From contig NZ_JAWXXK010000008.1 in NCBI RefSeq assembly GCF_034335015.1, positions 64,833 to 96,832 of the forward strand: DNA of 32,000 nucleotides, read 5' to 3'. The notes beneath the pieces were generated by a model, which saw nothing but the letters and a program-made list of their open reading frames with translations, was not told the DNA's origin and ran no database searches. This document shows, one piece after another, positions 8,810 through 16,049 of the stretch. A program made the translations under genes and the position numbers. Every line of letters starts with the position of its first letter. The stretch's first letter is position 1. This stretch comes from Neglectibacter caecimuris (GTDB lineage Bacteria; Bacillota; Clostridia; Oscillospirales; Acutalibacteraceae).

Positions 8810-9563
8810 AAAAATGATGATTCATGAGGTTGCAAAGCTGACCGGTATTACGATACGTACTTTGCATTACTATGATGAAATCGGTCTGTTGGAACCTACC
8901 AAAGCAGATAAGACAAAATATCGTTTATATTCCGAAAATGATTTAGAAAAGTTACAACAAATTCTATTTTACCGTGAAGTGGGGTTTTCTCTAAAAGAGA
9001 TCAAGGCATTATTATCAGCACCCGTATATAATAAACGAGAAGCGCTAGAAAGACATTTAGAACTTCTTAATCTTAGAAAAAAGAAAATAGAGGGACTTAT
9101 TTGCTTAGTCAACGATACTTTGGCCGGAAAGAGTGATTACTCGTTTACAGCATTTTCAAATGCAGAAATTTCTGCTCTACAAGAAAAATATAGGAATGAA
9201 GTTATCGAACGTTGGGGCAGCACCCATGAGTATCAAGAGTTTTCTTCTTTTTTTTCAGCCAGAGCCGAAAAAGAGAGAAATCAGAAGTGGAATGATTTTT
9301 TAATATATTCCCAAAATGTCTTTGAACGACTGGCGGAATATAAGGCAGAAACACCTACTTTACCCGCCGTCCAATCTATTGTTGCAGAGTGGCAAGAGTA
9401 TATTTCTGAAAACTTCTATCCCTGTTCGGATGATATGCTGATGTATCTGGGCGAACTCTATCAAACAGACGAACGGTTTGCCGAGTACATCAACAGATTT
9501 GCTACATGGAATGTTGCAGAGTTTTTTGGTGAAGCAATTAAAGTCTATTGCTGTAATCGCTAA
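8799..9563 (+). CDS. MerR-family transcriptional regulator with a TipAS-like C-terminal domain
   Basis: N-terminal MerR HTH (IHEVAKLTGITIRTLHYYDEIGLL ... YRLYSENDLEKLQQILFYREVGFSLKEIK) and a long C-terminal helical domain. It overlaps the upstream gene by 11 nt. Confidence 0.8.
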   Translation: MNPKKMMIHEVAKLTGITIRTLHYYDEIGLLEPTKADKTKYRLYSENDLEKLQQILFYREVGFSLKEIKALLSAPVYNKREALERHLELLNLRKKKIEGLICLVNDTLAGKSDYSFTAFSNAEISALQEKYRNEVIERWGSTHEYQEFSSFFSARAEKERNQKWNDFLIYSQNVFERLAEYKAETPTLPAVQSIVAEWQEYISENFYPCSDDMLMYLGELYQTDERFAEYINRFATWNVAEFFGEAIKVYCCNR

Positions 9564-9736
9564 TAACCTATTGTATCTACCTGGCGGTGGAAAAGAAAAA
9601 CGTTGCTAAGCAGCTCCTTTCCCACGCTCCTATTACATTTTACTGACGGTGGCTTTAAGAAATCAAGACCGCCATGCCGTTTTACTATAGCTATGATAAG
9701 GTTTTTTCTTTTTCTATCTTCATATATAAAGACTTC

Positions 9737-9782
9737 AGCGTTCCAACGAAACGCGCAGCCATCACCGCAGGTGATGATCTCA
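9737..9782 (+). repeat. 46-bp twin-hairpin element, copy 2
   Basis: Same sequence and orientation as 6920-6965. One G-to-A change at 9749 weakens the first stem. Confidence 0.85.
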
Positions 9783-9811
9783 GGGGTTTGGGGATATGTC
9801 ACCAACAAGCA

Positions 9812-9871
9812 TTTTGGCAGGAATACCGGAAACGGATTCCTGCCAAAATACGCAATCTTACGGAAGATTGC
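9812..9871 (+). other. Two strong hairpins in a non-coding region, neither followed by a T-run
   Basis: In the first hairpin (9812-9848), TTTTGGCAGGAAT (9812-9824) pairs with ATTCCTGCCAAAA (9836-9848) and CCG (9826-9828) pairs with CGG (9833-9835). That gives 16 bp with a 1-nt bulge and a GAAA tetraloop. The second is GCAATCTT-ACGG-AAGATTGC at 9852-9871. Confidence 0.6.
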
Positions 9872-9924
9872 ATTGCTTGCCATTTTGTGGTGACTAGGAA
9901 AAAGTTCTCATACCATGAACAGCA

Positions 9925-9953
9925 TTGATAGACTAAACGAAAGACGGTACAAT
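9925..9953 (+). promoter_or_regulatory. Sigma-70-type promoter TTGATA-N17-TACAAT for the downstream MerR gene
   Basis: -35 at 9925-9930 and -10 at 9948-9953 with a 17-bp spacer, 75 nt upstream of ATG 10028. Confidence 0.5.
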
Positions 9954-10027
9954 AAGGATGCAGCAAGTAACATATAAAGCTGTAATGAGATAAAAGCACA
10001 AATATAGTTAGAGTAGGTGGTGAAACG

Positions 10028-10840
10028 ATGTTTCGGATAGGAGAATTTTCAAAGCTGACGCAGGTATCTATTCGTATGCTCCGCTATTATGACGAGGCAG
10101 GCATTTTAACGCCAGCGGAGGTTGATAAATGGACGGGACACCGGCTGTATTCGGTGAAGCAAATACCACGCCTAAATAAAATCCTGTATTTGCGGGATAG
10201 TGGGCTGAATGTTTCAGAAATCGCGCTTGCCCTGACGCTGGACGAGCAATCACTTCTTGCGCAGCTTGACAAAAAGCACATAGAGATAGAAGATGCAATA
10301 CAGGCCGAACGAGAAAAACTGCGGAAGATTGAACTTGCAAAAAGTGAAATACAGGGTGGCAAAGGAGAACTGCATTATAACATCTCCGTTAAGTCGATCC
10401 CTGCGTATCAGGTGCTATCCTTGCGGAAAGTTGTACCAACCTACTATTCCGAGGGCGACTTATGGAAAGAACTTTCTGCTTTTACAGATGCGCAAAAAAT
10501 AGAAATAACGAGCAATACATTTTCCATTTATCACGATACAGAATTTCGGGAGACAGATGTTGATATTGAGTTATGTGCTCCGGTAAAGAAAATGGGAACG
10601 GCAAAAGAACCATTTTGTTTCCGCATGACAGAACCAGTCCCACATATGGCTTGTACAATGGTCTATGGAGATTTTGCAAATATAAAAGGAGCCTACCTTG
10701 CCTTTGCCGAATGGCTGCAGAAAAACAGCAAATACAAAATGTCTAACCCGATGCGTCAGATCGTACATAGAGGCCCGTGGAATGAGAATGACCCTGAAAA
10801 ATATCTGATCGAACTTCAAATACCGCTGGAACACATATGA
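10028..10840 (+). CDS. MerR-family regulator with a GyrI-like effector-binding domain (BmrR-like)
   Basis: N-terminal MerR HTH (FRIGEFSKLTQVSIRMLRYYDEAGIL ... HRLYSVKQIPRLNKILYLRDSGLNVSEI), a coiled-coil linker and a ~150-aa C-terminal GyrI-like domain. Confidence 0.85.
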   Translation: MFRIGEFSKLTQVSIRMLRYYDEAGILTPAEVDKWTGHRLYSVKQIPRLNKILYLRDSGLNVSEIALALTLDEQSLLAQLDKKHIEIEDAIQAEREKLRKIELAKSEIQGGKGELHYNISVKSIPAYQVLSLRKVVPTYYSEGDLWKELSAFTDAQKIEITSNTFSIYHDTEFRETDVDIELCAPVKKMGTAKEPFCFRMTEPVPHMACTMVYGDFANIKGAYLAFAEWLQKNSKYKMSNPMRQIVHRGPWNENDPEKYLIELQIPLEHI

Positions 10841-10854
10841 TTGTGCAGGCTTTG

Positions 10855-10890
10855 AAATGTCCTGCTAAAAATACAGGGCATTTTTTATTT
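10855..10890 (+). terminator. Rho-independent terminator after the MerR gene
   Basis: AAATGTCCTG (10855-10864) pairs with CAGGGCATTT (10874-10883), including one G-U pair. The loop is 9 nt and a T-run follows (TTTTTTATTTTT). Confidence 0.6.
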
Positions 10891-10897
10891 TTCCCTG

Positions 10898-10928
10898 TTG
10901 CATCTCACATGATGTGAGGTATTATACT
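10898..10928 (+). promoter_or_regulatory. MerR-type promoter: TTGCAT-N19-TATACT with a dyad in the spacer
   Basis: -35 at 10898-10903 and -10 at 10923-10928, with a 19-bp spacer containing CTCACA-tga-TGTGAG. It lies 30 nt upstream of the TsaA-like gene and directly downstream of the BmrR-like gene. Confidence 0.6.
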
Positions 10929-10958
10929 GGATTTACCAACAAAGCAAGGAGGAAAAAT

Positions 10959-11432
10959 ATGACCTATCAATTAAAAGCCATTGGCAAAGTAAAAAATGAT
11001 GAAACCGGCACATTTATTCAGTTAGAGCCGGAGTACATTCCCGGACTGCAAGCCTTAGAGGGCTTCAGCCATATCAATGTTCTTTGGTGGTTCAGTGATT
11101 GTGACAACGATGCAGACCGGAATGAATTACAGACAGAACAGCCCTATAGAGGCTCACCCGAAGTCATGGGTGTATTTGCGACACGATCTCCTGCACGTCC
11201 GAACCCTATCGCATTAACGGCGTCCGAAATTATCGATATTGATTTCATCAACGGCATGATTCGCATTACATTTATTGACGCAAACGACAATACGCCCGTA
11301 CTCGACATCAAGCCCTACACACCGAGTTTTGACAGGGTTGAAACGCCCGGTGTTCCCGCATGGTGCAGCGGATGGCCGAAAAGCACAGAAGCGTCCGGCT
11401 GTTTCGATTGGGGACAGGTGTTCAACTTTTAA
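10959..11432 (+). CDS. TsaA/TrmO (YaeB, UPF0066)-family SAM-dependent methyltransferase-like protein
   Basis: SD AGGAGG at 10948-10953 and ATG at 10959. Family-like segments include IGKVKND, HINVLWWF, RSPARPNPIAL and TPVLDIKPY. Confidence 0.7.
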   Translation: MTYQLKAIGKVKNDETGTFIQLEPEYIPGLQALEGFSHINVLWWFSDCDNDADRNELQTEQPYRGSPEVMGVFATRSPARPNPIALTASEIIDIDFINGMIRITFIDANDNTPVLDIKPYTPSFDRVETPGVPAWCSGWPKSTEASGCFDWGQVFNF

Positions 11433-11443
11433 GGGGGCGGCTT

Positions 11444-12049
11444 ATGAAATTACAGGATTTTGTTCAGGATAAACCTGTTCTTGAAACGGAGCAGCTTATC
11501 CTGCGCCCCTTGCGAAAAGAAGATGTTGCGGATTTGAAAGAATGGCTGGGCGACAGCTCCATTTATCAGTATTGGGGCAAACGCCCCGGAAAAAGCGACT
11601 TAAATCCGGAATTACTTTTCCAAAAACCAGAAAAACCTACGAAAAGTTTTCATTGGGGTGTTGTCTACAAACAGGATCATAAAGTTATTGGTGATATGTG
11701 GGTATATCTCATTGAGAATGACCGCATGGCAAAAGTGGCATTTCGTCTTTCACCTGCCTATCAAGGGAACCGGTTTATGACAGAAGCGCTGGCGAGAGTA
11801 GCTATCTTCTGCTTTGAAGAAACGGAACTACAACGTTTATGGGCTGATGTTCACACGCAAAATATGGCATCGTATAAAACATTGGAAAAAGCAGGCTTCA
11901 AGCGTGAGGGACTAATCCGTGAGGGTAAAATGGTAAACACATACTGCGATTACTATTTGTACGGTATGATTAAAGCTGATTATATTGAAATCACCGATAA
12001 GGGGCTACCCCCTTACGAGCACTGTGAACGCTTTTTCCGAAAAAACTAA
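11444..12049 (+). CDS. GNAT-family N-acetyltransferase (RimJ/RimL-like)
   Basis: SD AAGGGGG at 11431-11437 and ATG at 11444. It has the typical LILRPLRKEDV N-terminus and a QGNRFMTEAL...LEKAGFKREG acetyl-CoA-binding region. Confidence 0.8.
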   Translation: MKLQDFVQDKPVLETEQLILRPLRKEDVADLKEWLGDSSIYQYWGKRPGKSDLNPELLFQKPEKPTKSFHWGVVYKQDHKVIGDMWVYLIENDRMAKVAFRLSPAYQGNRFMTEALARVAIFCFEETELQRLWADVHTQNMASYKTLEKAGFKREGLIREGKMVNTYCDYYLYGMIKADYIEITDKGLPPYEHCERFFRKN

Positions 12050-12066
12050 ATCCATATAGCCCCAAT

Positions 12067-12107
12067 CTGCTGAACGACGGCAAAAGAAAAAAGCTGTCGT
12101 TCAGCAG
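12067..12107. terminator. Long hairpin downstream of the GNAT gene (terminator-like)
   Basis: CTGCTGAACGACGGC (12067-12081) pairs with GCTGTCGTTCAGCAG (12093-12107) with one mismatch. The loop is A-rich and no clean 3-prime T-run follows on the plus strand. Confidence 0.4.
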
Positions 12108-12227
12108 CCCTTATTCCATGTCTCTATTTTACAAAGTGCATTTTCTTAATCAAAAAGCGCATTGCGTGAAAAGCCTGGCAAAAAATAAAATGATATAATT
12201 TGAACATCAAATATAGGAGGTGCCGCA

Positions 12228-13157
12228 ATGCACGCATATGAAGCGATCGAACAATCCTTGACTTTTATCGAGGAACACCTGACAAAAGAAATTTCAACGG
12301 AAGAACTGGCAAATACTGTCGGCCTGTCCCCCTTTTATTTTCAGCGCTTATTCAGGCGGCTGGTAAATAAACCGGTTCAGGAATATGTGAAGCTCCGCCG
12401 TTTGGCAAAGGTTATTGAAAATCTGAAAAGTACCGAACAGAGGATTCTTGACGCTGCCTTGGACTATGGTTTTTCAAGCCATGCGAATTTTACACGAGCT
12501 TTCAAGGAAACGTATGGGATTACGCCTGAAAACTACAGAAGGGATTTACCAATGCTCAATACATTCGACAAGCCGGAAGTTTCTATGAATTACGTTTTGG
12601 TAGACGAAGGGGTTCCGCTAGTGGTAGGAAATATTGTCTTGGAGATTCAGAGAAAGACATTGGAAAAACCGGAAATTTATTTCGGACTGGAAACGGAAGT
12701 TCGCATTTCTGAACAAATACCAGTTGGAGAAAGCACAGGTGTAGATGTGCCAGGGCAGCTTTGGAAGCGCTACCACATGGAGAAGGCTTCAATCGTAGCC
12801 AATCTAAATACTAATGTAGAAATGGGAATGTCCCATGCGAAAGGTACTGCACAACCCCTTTTCACTTATTTTGCAGGCGGTCTTGTTCAAAATATTCCGG
12901 ACCGGCTGCAGGATGGTTTTGTTAAGAGAGAACTCTCGGCAGGAGAATACATCGTTTGCAGAGTCGAAGCAGAAAATTTTGAGGATTTGGTGACGGTAGC
13001 TTTGGATCAGGCCAGCAAGTACCTTTTTGGTACATGGTTGCAGCACCACAGCCTGACCACAGAGCCCTTCTCTGCAGAGAAGTATTACAGAGATGCGGAG
13101 GACATGGCCTACATGGAAATTTGGGTTAAACCCCTGCCGCTGAAAAATAAAAGCTAA
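12228..13157 (+). CDS. AraC-family regulator with a C-terminal GyrI-like effector-binding domain
   Basis: N-terminal AraC HTH pair (ELANTVGLSPFYFQRLFRR ... FSSHANFTRAFKETYGITPENYRR) followed by a ~190-aa GyrI-like domain. Confidence 0.8.
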   Translation: MHAYEAIEQSLTFIEEHLTKEISTEELANTVGLSPFYFQRLFRRLVNKPVQEYVKLRRLAKVIENLKSTEQRILDAALDYGFSSHANFTRAFKETYGITPENYRRDLPMLNTFDKPEVSMNYVLVDEGVPLVVGNIVLEIQRKTLEKPEIYFGLETEVRISEQIPVGESTGVDVPGQLWKRYHMEKASIVANLNTNVEMGMSHAKGTAQPLFTYFAGGLVQNIPDRLQDGFVKRELSAGEYIVCRVEAENFEDLVTVALDQASKYLFGTWLQHHSLTTEPFSAEKYYRDAEDMAYMEIWVKPLPLKNKS

Positions 13158-13171
13158 GGAGGAAAATAAGA

Positions 13172-13600
13172 ATGGATTGGAATTTGCTCTATTCAAATGT
13201 AACGCCGCCTACGTGGGAGCAGGTCACAGAATATATCGGCAGTCCGTTATGGGCGGAGTTTAATGAGCGTATCCAGTCCGCCTACCAGATCAAGCCCTGC
13301 ATGGAACACAGCCGCTGTTCCATGCAGGCTGGCTGGAATATTAAGTATAAAAAAGGTGGAAAGTCTCTTTGTACGCTCTATCCGATGCAAGGCTATTTTA
13401 TCGCTCTCGTGGTTGTAGGAAGTCGTGAACTTACGGAGGCAGAGCTTCTTATGCCGCTATGTTCCGACTATGTGCAGACGGTATTCAAAAACACGAAAAC
13501 CGGAAATGGACAGAAGTGGTTGATGCTGGATGTAAAGGATAGAGAAATTATGGATGATGTATTTAGCCTCATCAATCTCAGAAAGCGCATACAGTCATAA
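13172..13600 (+). CDS. DUF3788-family protein
   Basis: 142-aa ORF with the characteristic CSMQAGWNIKYKKGGKSLCTLYP segment. SD AAGGAGG is upstream. Confidence 0.6.
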   Translation: MDWNLLYSNVTPPTWEQVTEYIGSPLWAEFNERIQSAYQIKPCMEHSRCSMQAGWNIKYKKGGKSLCTLYPMQGYFIALVVVGSRELTEAELLMPLCSDYVQTVFKNTKTGNGQKWLMLDVKDREIMDDVFSLINLRKRIQS

Positions 13601-13730
13601 CAGGAAATGGAAACATAATATTCGACAAGCCCTGATAAAGATAGCAACATTATGCAAGAAAACGAGATGCGCATAAACTATAATGATATTATCGGGACAA
13701 CTTTGTGGAGGTAGCTTATGGAGGTGACTT

Positions 13731-14546
13731 ATGGATAACGCTGGCAGTAGAATTGTTTTTGACGAAAAACTTAATATAGAGGTATTAACACTGACAGGAA
13801 TGATAGAAAACTTATCTCCGCATTTTCATGATTACTATGAATTGGGCTATATAGAAAGCGGAAGCCGACGGGTAATATGTCAAGGCAAGGAGTATACAAT
13901 AGGGAAAAATGATCTGCTCCTTTTTAACCCGAATGACAATCATACCTGCTTAGAATTGGAAAAAGAACTGTTGGATTTTAGATGTTTTCACATCACTACC
14001 GAACGCATGGAAGAATTGGCATTGGAATGTATAGGATATGCTATATGCCCGTATTTTGATCCGCAGATTGTTCACCAGAGCGACCTTATTCCGCAAATCA
14101 AAGAGTTGATTGATTTAATTGAAAATGGATCGTATTGTGATCTGCAAAAGGAAGAGCTGCTTTATATGATTATCGGTGATTTGGTTGCAGATTATGCTCA
14201 ACCATTGAAATGCGGACAAAAGGAAATTTCGGATGGTGTAGAACGTGCTTGCGAGTATATTGAAAGGCACTATGCCACAAACATTTCTTTATGCGATTTG
14301 AGTTCCTTTACCGGTTTTAGCAAGTACCACTTTATACGTATGTTTACGAGAGAAAAGGGTATATCCCCCTATCGTTTTATTGAATGTATTAAAATGACAG
14401 AAGCCAAAAAAATGCTGAAGGACGGAGAAGATTTATCAAACATAACCTATCAGCTCGGCTTTAGCAGCCAAAGCCATTTCAATAATTTTTTCAAAAAATA
14501 TGCCAGAGTGACTCCGAAACAATATAGCAAACTTTATAACGATTAA
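13731..14546 (+). CDS. AraC-family regulator with an N-terminal cupin-like sensing domain
   Basis: C-terminal HTH pair (LCDLSSFTGFSKYHFIRMFTREKGISPYRF ... LGFSSQSHFNNFFKKYARVTPKQY). SD GGAGGTGA precedes ATG 13731. Confidence 0.8.
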   Translation: MDNAGSRIVFDEKLNIEVLTLTGMIENLSPHFHDYYELGYIESGSRRVICQGKEYTIGKNDLLLFNPNDNHTCLELEKELLDFRCFHITTERMEELALECIGYAICPYFDPQIVHQSDLIPQIKELIDLIENGSYCDLQKEELLYMIIGDLVADYAQPLKCGQKEISDGVERACEYIERHYATNISLCDLSSFTGFSKYHFIRMFTREKGISPYRFIECIKMTEAKKMLKDGEDLSNITYQLGFSSQSHFNNFFKKYARVTPKQYSKLYND

Positions 14547-14639
14547 AATGAGCTTTTTGCATAGAACGCTGGAATACAACAGGAATATTAGTTGATGGTA
14601 AAAGAATAAATACCCACACTACGGAAAGGGGGCGGCGAC

Positions 14640-15138
14640 ATGGGAAATTAGCTGTATTTGATATATCTGAACCGGGCGGTAGAATTGCGGAAAAGCTGCT
14701 TGTTCTGTTAAACGCCCGTCAGCGTCGGGAATTAGTAAACTATCTTCTTGATTCCGAAAAACAACAGAATAATCTGGCTGACAGCCCATGTGCCATTCCC
14801 GAAACTTATAAGGTGCAGACAGTCATTGATGAACCGTTCACAGAGATTCAAATGAACAATTTATATTTCTGCCAGGAACAACGGCTTGTATGTATTGGCG
14901 AGCAGGTAATTGAATTAACCGCTAAGGAATTTGACATCCTTGCTTTGTTGATCACACACCCGAAGCGGGTATTTACTTATGAGCTGATTATGGAATTGGT
15001 CTGGAATGAGGATTATTCCTATTACTCCCGCAAGGCAGTCAATAATCATATAAGTAATCTGCGGAAGAAATTGAAAATTACGCCGGATTCCCCGGACTAC
15101 ATCAAAAGCGTTGTTGGCGTTGGATATAAATTTGAAGT
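14640..15138 (+). repeat. Direct repeat copy 1 (wHTH regulator gene), collinear with 27557-28055
   Basis: Constant offset of 12917 bp with no indels. Weaker similarity extends about 35 bp further upstream. I counted 10 aa differences in 109 aligned residues by eye. Confidence 0.9.
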
Positions 15139-15145
15139 GCCGTAA
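14813..15145 (+). CDS. OmpR/PhoB-type winged-helix DNA-binding protein without a receiver domain (copy 1)
   Basis: Trans_reg_C-like C-terminus (LTAKEFDILALL...NHISNLRKKL...IKSVVGVGYKF). The GTG start at 14813 comes from the ORF track. The frame is open upstream to 14552 with no canonical start, so the true N-terminus is uncertain (see findings). Confidence 0.6.
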   Translation: MQTVIDEPFTEIQMNNLYFCQEQRLVCIGEQVIELTAKEFDILALLITHPKRVFTYELIMELVWNEDYSYYSRKAVNNHISNLRKKLKITPDSPDYIKSVVGVGYKFEVP

Positions 15146-15251
15146 TTTAAACTATGAAATCAGACGGCAGTTGAATGTGTTTAAGGTGTGGCTGCCGTAG
15201 CTATCTGCTTCGCTTTATGTAGGTAATCGTCAAGATTAGAAATAAGCTCCC

Positions 15252-15280
15252 TTGACGATTATCTGTAATTATGCTACCAT
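15252..15280 (+). promoter_or_regulatory. Candidate vanRS promoter TTGACG-N17-TACCAT with an extended TG
   Basis: -35 at 15252-15257, TG at 15272-15273 and -10 at 15275-15280. The -35 lies inside the right arm of a 10-bp inverted repeat (15225-15234 / 15251-15260). Confidence 0.35.
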
Positions 15281-15350
15281 CGGCTGATAATGTGACAGCA
15301 TTTTTGCACATAATAAAGATATATTGATCGAAGCAGTAAGGAGTAATGCA

Positions 15351-16049
15351 ATGAATGAAAAAATTTTAGTGGTTGATGATGAAAAAGAGTTGGCCGATTT
15401 AGTGGAAGTCTATCTGAAAAACGATGGATATACCGTTTATAAATTTTATAACGGCACGGATGCGTTAAAGTGTATTGAGTCCACCCCTCTGGATTTAGCC
15501 ATATTGGATATTATGCTCCCGGATATTGATGGCTTTCAAATTTGCCAGAAAATCCGGGAGAAATTTTATTTTCCTGTGATTATGCTGACGGCAAAAGTTG
15601 AAGATGGGGATAAAATCATGGGGCTCTCCGTTGCAGATGATTATATTACCAAACCCTTCAATCCTCTGGAAGTGGTTGCCAGAGTAAAAGCGCAGTTAAG
15701 ACAGTACATGAGATACAGGCAACCATCACTCAAACAGGAGGATGAACGCAGCGAATACGATATAAGAGGAATGACGATCAGCAAGATCAGCCATAAATGT
15801 ATCTTGTTTGGAAAAGAGCTCGGGCTGACGCCAACGGAGTTCTCTATTCTCTGGTATCTGTGTGAAAACCAGGGTAAGGTTGTTTCAACAGAAGAATTAT
15901 TTGAAGCGGTATGGGGCGAAAAATACATTGATAACAATAATACCGTTATGGCCCATATCGGACGTCTCAGAGAGAAAATGAACGAACGGGCCAGAAATCC
16001 GAAATTCATAAAAACTGTGTGGGGAGTGGGATATACCATTGAAAAATAA
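15351..16049 (+). CDS. vanR: VanR-type response regulator (vanD-type cluster)
   Basis: SD AAGGAG at 15338-15343 and ATG at 15351 (MNEKILVVDDEKELADLVEVYLKNDGY). It is an OmpR-family receiver plus wHTH and the first gene of the R-S-Y-H-ligase-X cluster. Confidence 0.9.
   Translation: MNEKILVVDDEKELADLVEVYLKNDGYTVYKFYNGTDALKCIESTPLDLAILDIMLPDIDGFQICQKIREKFYFPVIMLTAKVEDGDKIMGLSVADDYITKPFNPLEVVARVKAQLRQYMRYRQPSLKQEDERSEYDIRGMTISKISHKCILFGKELGLTPTEFSILWYLCENQGKVVSTEELFEAVWGEKYIDNNNTVMAHIGRLREKMNERARNPKFIKTVWGVGYTIEK

Noticed and set aside
6920-9782. Twin-hairpin repeats as integron attC sites
   Set aside because: No IntI-type integrase or attI/Pc is present. The bracketed segments carry their own promoters and regulators. 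The motif is two perfect short hairpins rather than one long imperfect attC palindrome with extrahelical bases.
9560-9999. Four mutually overlapping ORFs (107, 96, 84 and 66 aa) in the spacer after the TipAS-MerR gene
   Set aside because: They have no SD sequences, overlap one another on both strands, and have odd composition. The peptide QRNAQPSPQVMIS, shared with ORF 6825, is simply the translated twin-hairpin repeat.
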